Shown here: positions 27,441 through 48,072 of the stretch, in pieces
How the letters are laid out: each line of letters starts with the position of its first letter
Numbering within the stretch: position 1 is the stretch's first letter
Source: the human T2T-CHM13v2.0 reference genome, Homo sapiens
Reading direction: 5' to 3' (one strand)
DNA length: 64,000 bases
NCBI RefSeq assembly: GCF_009914755.1
Contig: NC_060947.1
Position numbers and translations under genes: made by a program
Notes under the pieces: generated by a model
What the model was told of the DNA's origin: nothing
What the model saw: only the letters and a program-made list of their open reading frames with translations
Databases searched by the model: none

Positions 27441-28596
27441 GATCCAGTTTCATTCTCCTACATGTGGCTAGCCAATTATCCTAGCACCATTTGTTGGAAA
27501 GGGTGTCCTTTCCCTACTTTATGTTTTTGTTTGCTTGGTTGAAGACCAGTTGGCTGTAAGTATTTGGGTTTACTTCTGGGTTCTCTATTCTGTTCCATTG
27601 GTCTAAGTGCCTATTTTTATACCAGTACCATGCTGTTTTGGTGACAATGGCCTTATAGTATAGTTTGAAATCAGGTAATGTGATGCCTCCAGATTTGTTC
27701 TTTTTGCTTAGTCTTGCTTTGGTTATGTTTTGGTTCCATATGAATTTTAGAATTGTTTTCTCTATTTCTGTGAAGAATTATGGTGGTATTTTGATGGGGA
27801 TTGCACTGAATTTGTAGATTGCTTTTGGCAGTATGATAATTTTCACAATATTTATTCCAAGCATCCATGAGCATGGAATGTGTTTCCATTTGTTTGTGTC
27901 ATCTATGATTTCTTTCAGCAGTGTTTTGTAGTTTTCCTTGTGGAGGTCTTTCGATTCCTTTGTTAGGTATATTCCTAAGTATCTTTTTTTTTTTTGCAGC
28001 TATTGTAAAAGGGGTTGAGTTCTTGATTTGATTCTCTGCTGTGTTGCTGTTGTAGTATAGAAGAGCTACTGATTTGCATACATTAATCTTGTATCTGGAA
28101 ACTTTGCCAAATTATTTTATCAGTTCTAGGAACTTTCTGGAGGAGTCCTTAGGGTTTTCAAGGTAAACAATCACATTGTCAGCAAACAGTGAGTTTGACT
28201 TCCTCTTTACCAATTTGGATGCCCTTTATTTCTTTCTCTTGGCTGATTGCTCTGGCTAGGACTTCCAGTACTATGTTGAAGAGGAGTGGTGAAAATTGTC
28301 AACCTTGTCTTGTTCCTGTTTTCAGAGGGAATGCTTTCAACTTTTTCCCATGCAGTATTATGTTGGCTGTGGGTTTGTCAAAGATGGCTTTTATTGTATT
28401 GAGGTATGTCCCTTGTATGCCAATTTTGCTGTATTGGGAGGGGGCAAGGGATAAAAGACTGCAAATATGGTACAATGTATACTGCTCGGGTGATGGGTGC
28501 ACCAAATCTCACAAATCACCACTAAAGAACTTACTCATGTAATCAAATGCCACCTATACCCCAGTAAACTATGGAAAAATAAAATAAAAATAAAAA
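27441..28596 (+). mobile_element. L1PB1-like insertion with ~1 kb 5' inversion
   Basis: Antisense ORF2 (27441-~28432) joined to a sense L1PB 3' end and A-tail (~28433-28596). Confidence 0.8.
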
Positions 28597-28930
28597 GGAA
28601 TAAATAAAATATGTATATGTACATGATGGAATACTATTCAGCCATAAAAGGATGAAATCCTCTTATTCATAACAACATGGACATTATTCTAAGTAAAATA
28701 ACCCATACATAAAAAATAAATACTGCATAAATCTCATGTGTGGAATCTAAAAAAGTGATCCCATAGAAGTTAAGGGTAAAATAGTAGTTATATGAAGGCT
28801 GGTGATGGGAGGAGGAGTGGAAGGATAAACTAGAAGTTAGGTCAATGGGTACAAAGTTATAGTTAGACAGCGATAACATGTTCTGGTGTTATATTACACA
28901 ATTGGTTTACTATAACTAATAACAAAAAAA
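28597..28930 (+). mobile_element. L1MA 3' UTR fragment
   Basis: GGAATACTATTCAGCCATAAAAG..GTCAATGGGTACAAAGTTATAGTTAGA. Confidence 0.7.
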
Positions 28931-29779
28931 TCTATGAAATGTCTAAAAGCAATATTATTCAATAATATACTTTAATAAGAAAATTCTTAGTAAAACAAGA
29001 GAATGCAGATAAGAAATACAAAAAAAATAGGAAAACAATTTGTTATCTGAATGAGAAATTCAATGAGATAGATATCATAAAAAAGAATCAAACAGAAATC
29101 TTGGAATTGAATTCAGTTAATAAAATAAAAAATATAATCTAGACCTTCAGTAGACTACATTAAGCAAAAAAAAATATGAACATCAATAAAGCCATTTTGA
29201 ATGACTCAGTCAGACTTGAAAGAGAAAGAAAATAGAATGAAAAGAATGAAAAAAGCCTATGTGATATATGGAAGACTATTGAGCAACCAAATTTTTGAAT
29301 TTTGGGTGTTCGTTTGCCTATCAAAACAAAATTGTCAAAACAATTTTGGATACAACAGAACCCAAAGTCTCCATGACATAACATTGTTCATGTTTTAAAT
29401 ACAAACCAAAATTACTTGATGTATAAGGAATTCAGAAAATGTCACCCATTCCTAAAGGAAAATGCAATCAAACAGAGGTCAACCTGGATGTTAGAATTAA
29501 TAGTAAAAAGTTTCAAAGTAAGTAACCATTATAACAGTAGTTTTCTTTTTTTTCTCTTTTTTTATTTTATTATTATTATACTTTAAGTTTTAGGGTACAT
29601 ATGCACAATGTGCAGGTTAGTTACATATGTATACATGTGCCATGCTGGTGTGCTGCACCCATTAACTCGTCATTTAGCATTAGGTATATCTCCTAGAGCT
29701 GTCCCTCCCGCCTCCCCGCACCCCACAACAGTCCCCAGAGTGTGATGTTCCCCTTCCTGTGTCCATGTGTTCTCATTGT

Positions 29780-33620
<3,841 letters not shown>

Positions 33621-33668
33621 TTATTTTGCTCATTAGTTGATGCAGTTTCTTCCTAGCCTCGATGGTCT

Positions 33669-34685
33669 TTACAATTTGGCATGTTTTTGCAGTGGCTGGT
33701 ACCAGTTGTTCCTTTCCATGTTTAGTGCTTCCTTCAGGAGCTCTTTTAGGGCAGGCCTGGTGGTGACAAAATCTCTCAGGATTTGCTTGTCTGTAAAGGA
33801 TTTTATTTCTCCTTCACTTATGAAGCTTAGTTTGGCTGGATATGAAATTCTGGGTTGAAAATTCTTTTCTTTAAGAATGTTGAATATTGGCCCCCACTCT
33901 ATTCTGGCTTGTAGAGTTTCTGCTGAGAGATCCACTGTTAGTCTGATGGGCTTCCCTTTGCGGGTAATCCGACCTTTCTCTCTGGCTGCCCTTAACATTT
34001 TTTCCTTCATTTCAACTTTGGTGAATCTGACAATTATGTTTCTTGGATTTGCTTTTCTTGAGGATTATCTTTGTGGCATTCTCTGTATTTCCTGAATCTG
34101 AATGTTGGCCTGCCTTGCTAGATTGGGGAAGGTCTCCTGGATAATATCCTGCAGAGTGTTTTCCAACTTGGTTCCATTCTCCCCGTCGCTTTCAGGTACA
34201 CCAATCAGATGTAGATTTGGTCTTTTCACATAGTCCCATATTTCTTGGAGGCTTTGTTCGTTTCTTTTTATTCTTTTTTCTCTAAACTTCCCTTCTCACT
34301 TCATTTCATTCATTTCATCTTCCATCACTGATACCCTTTCTTCCAGTTGATCGCATAGGCTCCTCAGGCTTCTGCATTGTTCACGTAGTTCTCGAGCCTT
34401 GGCTTTCAGCTCCATCAGCTCCTTTAAGCACTTCTCTGTATTGGTTATTCTAGTTATACATTCATCTAAATTTTTTTCAAAGTTTTCAACTTCTTTGCCT
34501 TTGGTTTGAATTTCCTCCTGTAGCTCGGAGTAGTTTGATCGTCTGAAGCCTTCTTCTCTCAACTCATCAAAGTCATTCTCCATTCAGCTTTGTTCCATTG
34601 CTGGTGAGGAGCTGCATTCCTTTGGAGGAGGAGAGGCGCTCAGCTTTTTAGAGTTTCCAGTTTTTCTGCTCTGTTTTTTCCCCAT
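33669..34685 (-). pseudogene. ORF1: L1 ORF1, disrupted
   Basis: 1017-bp frame ending ..QPLQKHAKL; premature stops at 34296-34298 (TGA) and 34065-34067 (TAA). Confidence 0.93.
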
Positions 34686-35268
34686 CTTTGTGGTTTTATC
34701 TACTTTTGGTCTTTGATGATGGTGATGTACAGATGCGTTTTTGGTGTGGATGTCCTTTCTGTTTGTTAGTTTTCCTTCTAACAGACAGGACCCTCAGCTG
34801 CAGGTCTGTTGGAGTTTGCTAGAGGTCCACTCCAGATGCTGTTTGCCTGGGTACCAGCAGTGGTGGCTGCAGAACAGTGGATTTTCATGAACCGCGAATG
34901 CTGCTGTCTGATCGTTCCTCTGGAAGTTTTGTCTCAGAGGAGTACCCGGCCGTGTGAGATGTCAGTCTGCCCCTACTGGAGGGTGCCTCCCAGTTAGGCT
35001 GCTCGGGGGTCAGGGGTCAGGGACCCACTTGAGGAGGCAGTCTGCCCGTTCTCAGATCTCCAGCTGCGTGCTGGGAGAACCACTGCTCTCTTCAAAGCTG
35101 TCAGACAGGGACATTTAAGTCTGCAGAGGTTACTGCTGTCTTTTTGTTTGTCTGTGCCCTGCCCCCAGAGGTGGAGCCTACAGAGGCAGGCAGGCCTCCT
35201 TGAGCGGTGGTGGGCTCCACCCTGCTCAAGTTTCCTAGCTGCTTTGTTTACCTAAGCAAGCCTGGGCA

Positions 35269-35850
35269 ATGGCGGGCACCCCTCCTCCAGCCTCGCTGCC
35301 ACCTTGCAGTTTGATCTCAGACTGCTGTGCTAGCAATCAGCGAGACTCCGTGGGCGTAGGTCCCTCCGAGACAGGTGTAGGATATAATCTCCTGGTGCGC
35401 CGTTTTTTAAGCCCGTCAGAAAAGCGCAGTATTGGGGTGGGAGTGACCCGATTTTCCAGGTGCCATCTGTCACCCCTTTCTTTGACTAGGAAAGGGAACT
35501 CCCTGACCCCTTGCACTTCCCGAGTGAGGCAATGGCTCGCCCTGCTTCGGCTCGCACACAGTGAGCTGCACCCATTGTCCTGCGCCCACTGTCTGGCACT
35601 CCCTAGTGAGATGAACCCGGTACCTCAGATGGAAATGCAGAAATCACCTGTCTTCTGTGTCGCTCACGCTGGGAGCTGTAGACTGGAGCTGTTCCTATTT
35701 GGCCATCTTGGCTCCAGCCCTATAACGGTAGTTTTCAAATTACAAACTGAGATCCTTTTAGTGAATCTACAAAGTCAAAATATTTTTCACAAGAATATTA
35801 TCTCACAAGTGTATATTGAAGTTTCCCAGAGGTTTTACAATATGCGATGA
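35269..35850 (+). CDS. ORF0: L1 antisense ORF0, extended to 193 aa through the L1 5' end into flanking DNA (expression unknown)
   Basis: N-terminus MAGTPPPASLPPCSLISDCCASNQRDSVGVGPSE matches primate ORF0; frame stays open past 35720. Confidence 0.5.
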   Translation: MAGTPPPASLPPCSLISDCCASNQRDSVGVGPSETGVGYNLLVRRFLSPSEKRSIGVGVTRFSRCHLSPLSLTRKGNSLTPCTSRVRQWLALLRLAHSELHPLSCAHCLALPSEMNPVPQMEMQKSPVFCVAHAGSCRLELFLFGHLGSSPITVVFKLQTEILLVNLQSQNIFHKNIISQVYIEVSQRFYNMR

Positions 35851-36859
35851 TGCCATTGCTCTAACATCATCACATGCATTCTTACACTTAAATATTAATT
35901 TTTAACTTCCAATATGGCAAATTTGTATATGTGTAATTAACATAAACAATGGCTCTTCTGAAATTCTCAATAAGTTTTAGGAAGTGCTTCTATCATTATA
36001 ATGCTCAATGAGGTGAACAGAAATTGGCTCACAATGGAGAAAAAAACAGGAAAGCCAAGCAGAAGAAAAAAAGGTAAAAAATAATGATAGAAATTTAATA
36101 ACTGAAAATACAGTATTTGAAATTTTAATAAAACATCATCTGATGGATTTAATAGTAGAATGGTGACAACAAAGCAACATCAGCAAACTTGAAGACAGTC
36201 TAATAGAAATTACTCAATTTTAAAATTATATAGAAAAATATATATGAAAAAAATAAACAGAGTCTCATGAACTTTAGTCAATAACAAGTGGCCTAAAATA
36301 TTAGGTACTTTGAGTACAGGAAGAAATGGATGTAACAGTAGACAGAAAATATATTAAAACTAATGTGTACAAGTGTATGATATAACAAAATTAAAATTGT
36401 GAAATCATTTTACTAATCAATATCAATAAAAATTCCAATGGAAAACAGATAAGATTAATTTAAACTTGTGAATCAAATATATTAGTTTACTCTAATCTGT
36501 CTCCTACTACGTTACTAAAATGAGCATATAGAAATAAAAATATGTGATTCCATAAGGACAAAAAGGATAGAAAATGACAACTGAGGTTAAGAGATTTCAA
36601 ATAAATTTTTTTGAAAATTAAAAACAAATAAAGATTGGTAAATGACTTGGCATAACTGAGGAATTTAGAACTGAAGTGTTTTCCACAAAAAGCTACCATT
36701 TAAAACTGACCTATTAACCATGAGGATCCCCTGAGAACACACATTTGAAACCACTGGAAACTAGACACCTCAGAAAGTGGGAGCAGTTTGACTTGAAAAT
36801 GAAAAGCTCCTTCTCTAGACCCTGCTAGACCATGTAGTTTAGAGGTACCCACTTTCTCT

Positions 36860-36862
<3 letters not shown>

Positions 36863-36934
<72 letters not shown>
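36863..36934. repeat. (CT)n(CA)n microsatellite
   Basis: Read directly from sequence. Confidence 0.95.
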
Positions 36935-36935
<1 letters not shown>

Positions 36936-37219
36936 AATATATTAAAGAACATATGAAAATCTCTGGTATGTGAAATCTGGCACTTGTCACTAACATAGCA
37001 TGACCTGTAGCCTTAAGCTTTTATTTTATTGAAAAAACTCTATTTAGGCTCCAGGGAAATGATCCCTCATAATTCTTGTCTTATGCCTTAAAAAATAGGT
37101 ATTGTTTTTAAACATGAAACAGGTTTATGAGTTGCAGTACTGCAGACATCTGAAGCAAGTAGTGTTTTCAAGTGCAGGAGAGATTTGAGAGGTGAAAGCA
37201 CATTGACAAAAAATAATTT

Positions 37220-37922
37220 TGTAGAGAAAAAGAAATGCTTTTAAAATTTGTTGGAAATGTAAATTAGTTCAACCACTGTAGAAGACAGTGTGGCAAATCC
37301 TCAAAGACCTGAAAACATAAATATTATTCAACCCAGCAATCTCATTACAGGGTATATACCCACAGAAATACAAATTGTTCTATGATATAGACACGTGCAT
37401 ATGTATGTTCATTGCAGCACTATTCAGAATAGCAAAAAGATGGAATCAACCTAAATGCTCATCAATGATAAAATGGATAAAGAAAATGTGGGCATTTACA
37501 CACTGGTGGGCCTTCTGGTGCCCACTCAGCCTTCTGATTCCCATTTACACCATGGAATACTATGCAGCCACAAAAAAGAACAAGATCACGTCCTTTGCAG
37601 GAACATGAATGGAGTTAGAGGCCATTATCCTTAGCAAAGTAACACAGGAACAGAAAACCAAATGCCACATGTTCTCACTTATAAGTGGGAGCTAAATGAT
37701 GTGAACACATGGACACATAGAGAGGAACAACACACACTGGGGCCTATAAGAGAATAGAAGGTGAAAGGATGAAGAGGATCAGAAAAAATAACTAATGGGT
37801 ACTAGGCATAATTCCTTGGCAATGAAATAATCTGTATAAAAACCCCATAACACAACTTGACCTATATAACAAATCTGCACATGCACCCCTGAACTTAAAA
37901 TAAAAGTTAAATTAAAAAAATA
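37220..37922 (+). mobile_element. Older L1PA (about PA13-16) 3' end
   Basis: ORF2 C-terminus (MFIAALF..WNQPKC) and 3' UTR ending CCCCTGAACTTAAAATAAAAGTT. Confidence 0.82.
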
Positions 37923-38530
37923 CAAAGGATAAAAAAATGAAAAGTTGGTTTTTGAAAATATAAACAAAATCAACAAACCACTACCAAGATTAATAAAGAA
38001 AAATGAGAAATACCAAAATAAACAAAATTAGAAATAAAAGGGAGATATTACAACTGAACACAGAAATGAAAAAGTTCATCAAAGACTATTATGAACAAGT
38101 ATGAGCTAACAAATACAAAAATCCAGTAGAAATAGATTAATTCCTGAACATATACAAATTGCAAAGATCGAACCAGGAAGAAATATAAAACCTGAACTGA
38201 ACAGACCAATATGAAGTAATGAGATTGAATCAGTAATTAAAAAGTCTCCCAATAAATAAAAACCAAGGACCAAATGGTTTTACTGCTGAGTTCTACTAAA
38301 TTTATAAAGAACTAAGGCTAACTCTTCAAAACATTCAAAGCAAAGAAGAGAAGGGAATTATTGCTAATTCATTCTACAAGGCCAGCACTACCCTGACACC
38401 AAAACTATACAAGGACACAACAAAAAAGAATACTATAGGACAATATACCTGAGGAACCTAGACACAAAACATCCCAAACAAAATACTAGCAAAATGAATC
38501 CAGTAACACACATAAAAAAAAAAAAAATTA

Positions 38531-38884
<354 letters not shown>

Positions 38885-39589
38885 TTAGACATATGCAAAT
38901 CAATGAATGTGATATGTTACATCAACAAAATGAAGGACAAAAAAACATAAGATTACATCAACAGATACAGAAAAAGCATTTAAAAAATATTATCTTTTCA
39001 TATTAATAAATCTCAAAAATTTAGGCATAGAAGAAACATACCTCAACAAAATAAGCACCATTGTGACAAACCCACAGCTAACATAATATTGGATGGGAAA
39101 AAGCTGAAAGTCTTTCCTTTAAAAACCAGAACCAGACAAGTATGACCAATTTCACCACTGTTATTCAACTTATTTAAAAGGTCATAATCAGAGCAATAAG
39201 GCTACAGAAAGAAATAAAGGCATCCAAGTTGGAAAAAAGGAAGTCAAACTGTCCCTCTTTACAGATTACATGACCTTATACATAAAGAAAAACATAAAGA
39301 TTCCACAAAGAATCTATTAGTACTAAAAACAAGTTAACGAAAGTCATAGAATACAAAAATCAACATATAAAAACCTGTAATGTTTCTATAAATCCCTAAA
39401 AGGAATAGATAAAGCAATCACATTTACAATGACTATAAAAAATAAGATACCTAGGAATAAATTTAACCCAGGAAGTGAAAGGTCTCTACAAAAAAAAAAA
39501 AAAAAAAAAAAAGACACTGATGAAAGAAATTTGAATTGGACACCAAAAATAGAAAGATATCCAATGCTAATGGATCAGAGAATTAATAG

Positions 39590-40468
39590 TTTTTTTTTCC
39601 TTTCTAATTATTTTATTTTATTTTAAGTTCTGGGGTACATGTACAGGATGTGCAGGTTTATTACATAAGTAAACATTTGCCATGGTGGTTTGCTGCACCA
39701 ATCAATCCATCACCTAGATATTAAGCCTGGCATGCAATAGTCTTTTTTCCTGATGCTCTCCCCCTGCACCCTCACCTGACAGGCCCCAGTGTGTATTGTG
39801 CCCCTCCCTGTGCCCATGTGTTCTCATTGTTCAGCTCCCACTTAAAGTAAGAACATGCAGTGTTTGGTTTCCTGTTCCTGTGTTAGTATGCTGAGGGTAA
39901 TAGCTTCCAGCTTCATCCATGTCCCTGCAAGGAACATGATCTTGTTCCTTTTTATGGCTGCATAGTATTCCATGGTGTATATGTACCGCATTTTCTTTAT
40001 CTAATCTGTTATTGATAGGCATTTAGGTTGATTTAATGTATTTGCTATTGGAAATAGTGGTGCAATGAACATATGTGTGCATGTATCTTTATAATAGAAT
40101 GATTTACATTCCTTTGGGTGTATACCCAGTAATGGGATTGCTGGGTCAACAACTGGTATTTCTAGTTCTAAACCTTTGAGGAATCTCCACACTGTCTTTC
40201 ACAAGGGTTGAACTAATTTACATTCCCACCAACAGTGTAAAATCGTCCCTTTTTCTCTGCAACCCCACCAGTATCTGTTTTTTTACTTGACTATTTAATA
40301 ATCACCATTCTGACGGGTGTATGATGGTATCTCATGGAGGTTTTAATTTGCATTTCTGGAATGATACATGATGTTGAGCTTTTTGTCATATGTTTCTTGT
40401 CCACATGTATGTCTTCTTTGGATAAGTGACTGTTCATGTAATTTGTCCACTTTTTAATAGGGCTGTTT
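39590..40468 (-). mobile_element. 5'-truncated L1PA (about PA10-12)
   Basis: Poly(T), L1PA 3' UTR and ORF2 C-terminal fragments, antisense to the host L1MA. Confidence 0.85.
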
Positions 40469-40597
40469 GTTAAAGTGACCATCCTACCCCCCAAAATTTA
40501 CAAATTTATTACAATCCCTTTCAAAATACCAATGACATTTTAACAGAAGTAGGAAAAACCATCTTAAAATTTTATGAAACCACAAAAGGCCTTAAAT

Positions 40598-40927
40598 CAG
40601 GGGTTCCCAAATCCTAGGCCATACTGGTCCATGACCTCTTAGGAACCAGGCCACACATCAGGAGGTAAGTGGCAAGTGAGCATTACTGCCTGAGTTCCAC
40701 CTTCTGCCAGATCAGCTGCAGCATTAGATTTTCATAGAAGCATGAACCCTATGGTGAACTGTGCATCTGAGGGATCTAGGTTGTGCACTCCTTATGAGAA
40801 TCTAACTAATGCCTGATTATCTGAGGTGGAACAGTTTCATCCCAAAACCTTCCCTCCCCACTCCATCTGTGGAGAAATTATCTTCCATGAAACTAGTCAC
40901 TGGTGCCAAAAAGGTTGGCAGCTGCTG
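40598..40927 (+). mobile_element. MER1B (hAT-Charlie)
   Basis: CAGGGGTTCCCAA start, GGTGCCAAAAAGGTTGG end; TSD CCTTAAAT / CCCTAAAA. Confidence 0.88.
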
Positions 40928-42539
40928 CCCTAAAAAGTCAAAGAAATCCTGAGAAAAAGGAACAAAGCTACATGCTTCATAATACCTTACTTCAAAATAT
41001 ACTACAAAGCTATAGTAACCAAAACAGCATGGTATTGGTACAAAAATAGACACATCATTTCATGGAACAGAATAGAGGACCCAGAAAAAAATCATGTATT
41101 TATAGTCAATTAATTTTTGACAAAGGTGCCAAGAACATATATTGAGGAAAAGGCATCTTGTTTAATAAATGGTGCTGAGCAAAGTTGATATTCATATGCA
41201 AAATAATGAACTAGACCCTGTCTCATATTATGTTTAAAAATCAATTAAAAAACTGATTCAAGGCATAAATGAAAGACATAAAACTATAGAACTACTAGGA
41301 GAAAACACAGGGGAAACACCTTAGACTACTTGTCTAAGCAAACTTAAGACCTCAAAAGCACAGTCAATAAAAATAAAAATAGGCAAGTGGGTCTATATGA
41401 AACTAAAATCTTCTGCACAGAAAATGAAACAATCAACAGAATGAAGAGACTAACTGTAGAATGGGGGAAAGATATTTTCAAACTATTCATGTGACAAAGG
41501 ACTATTATACAGAATATACAAGGAACTCAAACAACTCAACAGCAAAACAACCAAATAATACTATTAAAAGTGGGCAAAGGATCTGCATAGACATCTTTCA
41601 AAAGAAGACATATAAATGGCCAACAGGTGCCTTAAAAGAAGTTAAACATGACTAATCATCAAGGAAATGCAAATCCAACTAATAATGAGATAGCATGTTA
41701 CCCCAGTTAGAATGACTATTATCAGAAAGACAAAAAATGTAAAATTCTGGACAGGATGCTCAGAAAAGGTAATACATACTGTTTTTAGGAATTCACATAG
41801 TACAGTCATTATGAACCAGATTATGGAGTTTTCTTAAAAATGGAACTACTATATAATCTGTCAATCTCAGTAATGGGTATTTATTCAAAGTAAAGAAAAT
41901 TGGTATATTAAAGAGATTCCTGCACCCCCATGTTTACTGTAGCACTATTCACAATAATTAAAATATGGATTCAACCTATATTCTCATCAACAGATGAATG
42001 GATACAGAAAATGTGGTAAATACGCACAATAGAATACTATTTAGCCATATAAAAGAATAAAATTCTGTCGTTGGCAACAATATGAATGTAACTGGAGGTC
42101 ATTATTTTAAGTGAAATAAGCCAGGCATAGAAAGACAAATATTGTGTGTTCTCACTCACATGTAGGAGATAAAAATCGTCCATCTAATGGAGGCAGAAGA
42201 GTAAAATGATAATTACCAAAGGGTGAGATGTTCATAAGATGTAGAATGAAGAGAGGTTAGGTAATGGGTACAAACATACATTTAAACACAAATAATACAT
42301 TCTAGTGCTCTACAGCACAGTAGGGTGACTACAATTAACAATATTTTATATATTTCAAAATAGCTAGAGGAGAAAATTTGGAATTTTTCCAACACAAAGA
42401 AATGATAAATGTTTAATGTGATGGATATCCTAAATACCTTGATGTGATTATTACACATTGTATGCACGTAGCAAAATTCCACATGTATGCCATAAACATG
42501 AAAAAACACTATGTATCAATAAAAAAATAAAAACGAAGT

Positions 42540-44206
42540 CAACTAGGAGGTTGGGGAAATGACAGGATGAACTGCAGATTGTGAGAAAATATTCTAACTG
42601 CATTACATGTATACAGAGTAACCTCACTGAAGGGAGTTGAGGGAAAGGTGCTGACCAAAGTAACTTTAGAAATCACTAAATACTTGTAAAGCAAGACCAT
42701 ATATTGTGACAAAAGGAATAATCCATATATCAGTCAGCGTTCTCTAAAAGGACAGAATAGGGTAGATGAATATATGAGGGGGGGTTTACTAGGAGTACTG
42801 ACACATGATCACAAGGTGAAGTCCCACAATCGGCCGTCTGAAAGATGAGGAGCCAGGAAGCCAGTGGGAGTTCCAAAACCTTGAAAGTAGGGAAGCCGAT
42901 ACTGCAGCGTCCAGTCTGTGGCCAAAGGCCTGAGAGCCCCTGACAAATCACTCATGTAAGTCCAATAGTCCAAAAGCTGAAGAACTTGGAGTCTGATGTT
43001 CCAGAGCAGGAAGCATCCACTATGGGAAAAAGATGGAGCCCAGAGGACTTAGCCAGTCTAGTCTTTCCATGTTCTTCTGCCTGCTTTTATCCTAGGCACA
43101 TTGGCAGCTGATTACATGGTGCCCACCCAGGTTGAGGGTGGGTCTGTCTCTCTCAGTCCACTGACTCAAATGTTAATCTTGTTTGGCAACACCCTCACAG
43201 ACACACCCAGGAACAACACTTTGCATCCTTCAGTCTAATCAAGTAGATACTCAATATTAACCATCACAATCCATAAGCACTGTAGTCTAGTTAGTAAAGT
43301 TGTTTCTTATGGGGTTACGAGTTGACAATTCTGAAACTTCTGTACATGTATAAACAAAATAAATAAGTAAATGGATGGCAGATAGTAGGAGCCAGGTTTC
43401 TTACCTTTCTTATTTACCTGAAAAGGAGGTTACAGGTAAGTAAGAGGGAAAGATTAGAATAAACCACATGGCACTGGAATAGAGCAGAGACATCAGTATA
43501 AACTCATGTATAGTTTAATATAATACAGATGAGAGGGCCTAGAAACAGTGGCACTGCAGTAGCAATGAGTATATTCTGAATTAAGATCTCAGTTTCTAAA
43601 GGTTATTTTCAAATAAAAGAACCCAGGGCTCCTTGGAGACATAACTTATTTTAGGACAGAGACGGGGAATATACAAGATGACAATGGAGCATCTTGTAGT
43701 ACTTGAAAGTTATGAAATTCTCAACAACAACAAAAAATGATAGAGACATGCCAAAGGGATTGAGGCACCATGATGAAAATGCTCCCAATACAAAAGTTGG
43801 AAGAATTCAAGCAAAAAATAATAATAAGTATAATGCTATTGGATTATAACATAATATATGAAGTAATTTTCCATTATTTCATACTGATACAAATAAAATG
43901 ATCAAAAAGTAAATAAATGAGAGAGGACGTAAATCTCCTGTACATAACAATTACAAATAATTTGTACACTGCTATTTTTCTTCAAGGAAGTAGACCTTAG
44001 CTACCATCTCCCTCAACCACTCAATTGGAAATTATAGTTAGTGACTTGTTATAAAAAAAAGTAGAGTATAAGTAGGGGGAATACAATAACTTCACATTAA
44101 AAATGTGGTGACACTACATCAGTAAAATGATCAAAGTTAACATCATCAATTGTAAGTCAGTAACCCTGATAGCATGTATCCATGAATGATGCAATAAGAA
44201 TGGACT
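42540..44206 (+). mobile_element. L1MC/MD 3' UTR region, continuing at 49209-49630
   Basis: GAACCCAGGGCTCCTTGGAG and GATCAAAGTTAACATCATCA motifs; resumes after the ERVL provirus. Confidence 0.65.
42726..43268 (-). mobile_element. MLT2A solo LTR (ERVL)
   Basis: Ends ..CAATATTAACCATCACA; 5-bp TSD ATCCA (42721-42725 and 43269-43273). Confidence 0.9.
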
Positions 44207-44246
44207 TGTATTAGTTAGGATTCTTAAGATAAACAGAATCAATAGG

Positions 44247-44247
<1 letters not shown>

Positions 44248-44292
<45 letters not shown>
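44248..44292. repeat. (TG)n microsatellite inside MLT2
   Basis: Read directly from sequence. Confidence 0.95.
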
Positions 44293-44294
<2 letters not shown>

Positions 44295-44778
44295 ATGTGC
44301 TTGTATGTGTAATTTATTATAAGGACCTGGCTCTCATGATTATGGAGACTGACAAGTCTAAATTTGCCGTGTGGGCTGGGAGACTTGAGACTCAGGAAAG
44401 CCCGTAGTGCAGTTCCGGTACACAGGAGGGTAACCTGGAGACCTAGGACAGTCAATGATGCTCATGAAATCTGAAGTCAGTCTGCTAGGAAATTTTATCT
44501 TGCTCAAGGAGGCTGGTCTTTTATTCTATTCAGGACTTTAACTGGTAACTAGGTCATAATTCTAACTAATCATAATTCAACTATCCTACATAAAACCAAA
44601 TAAACATTAACCATTCCCTTTCCCCAGAAAAGGATGAAAAGTTTTTAAATGATATGTATTTTTCTCCTTAATAGTCTGTAACTTTAACAGTATAAAGTTA
44701 ACAATACTTAAATACTATAATGTTAACTCAATTCATTTTATGTTATATGATCGAGGGCTAGGAGAAGAAAGAAAAAAT

Positions 44779-48072
<3,294 letters not shown>

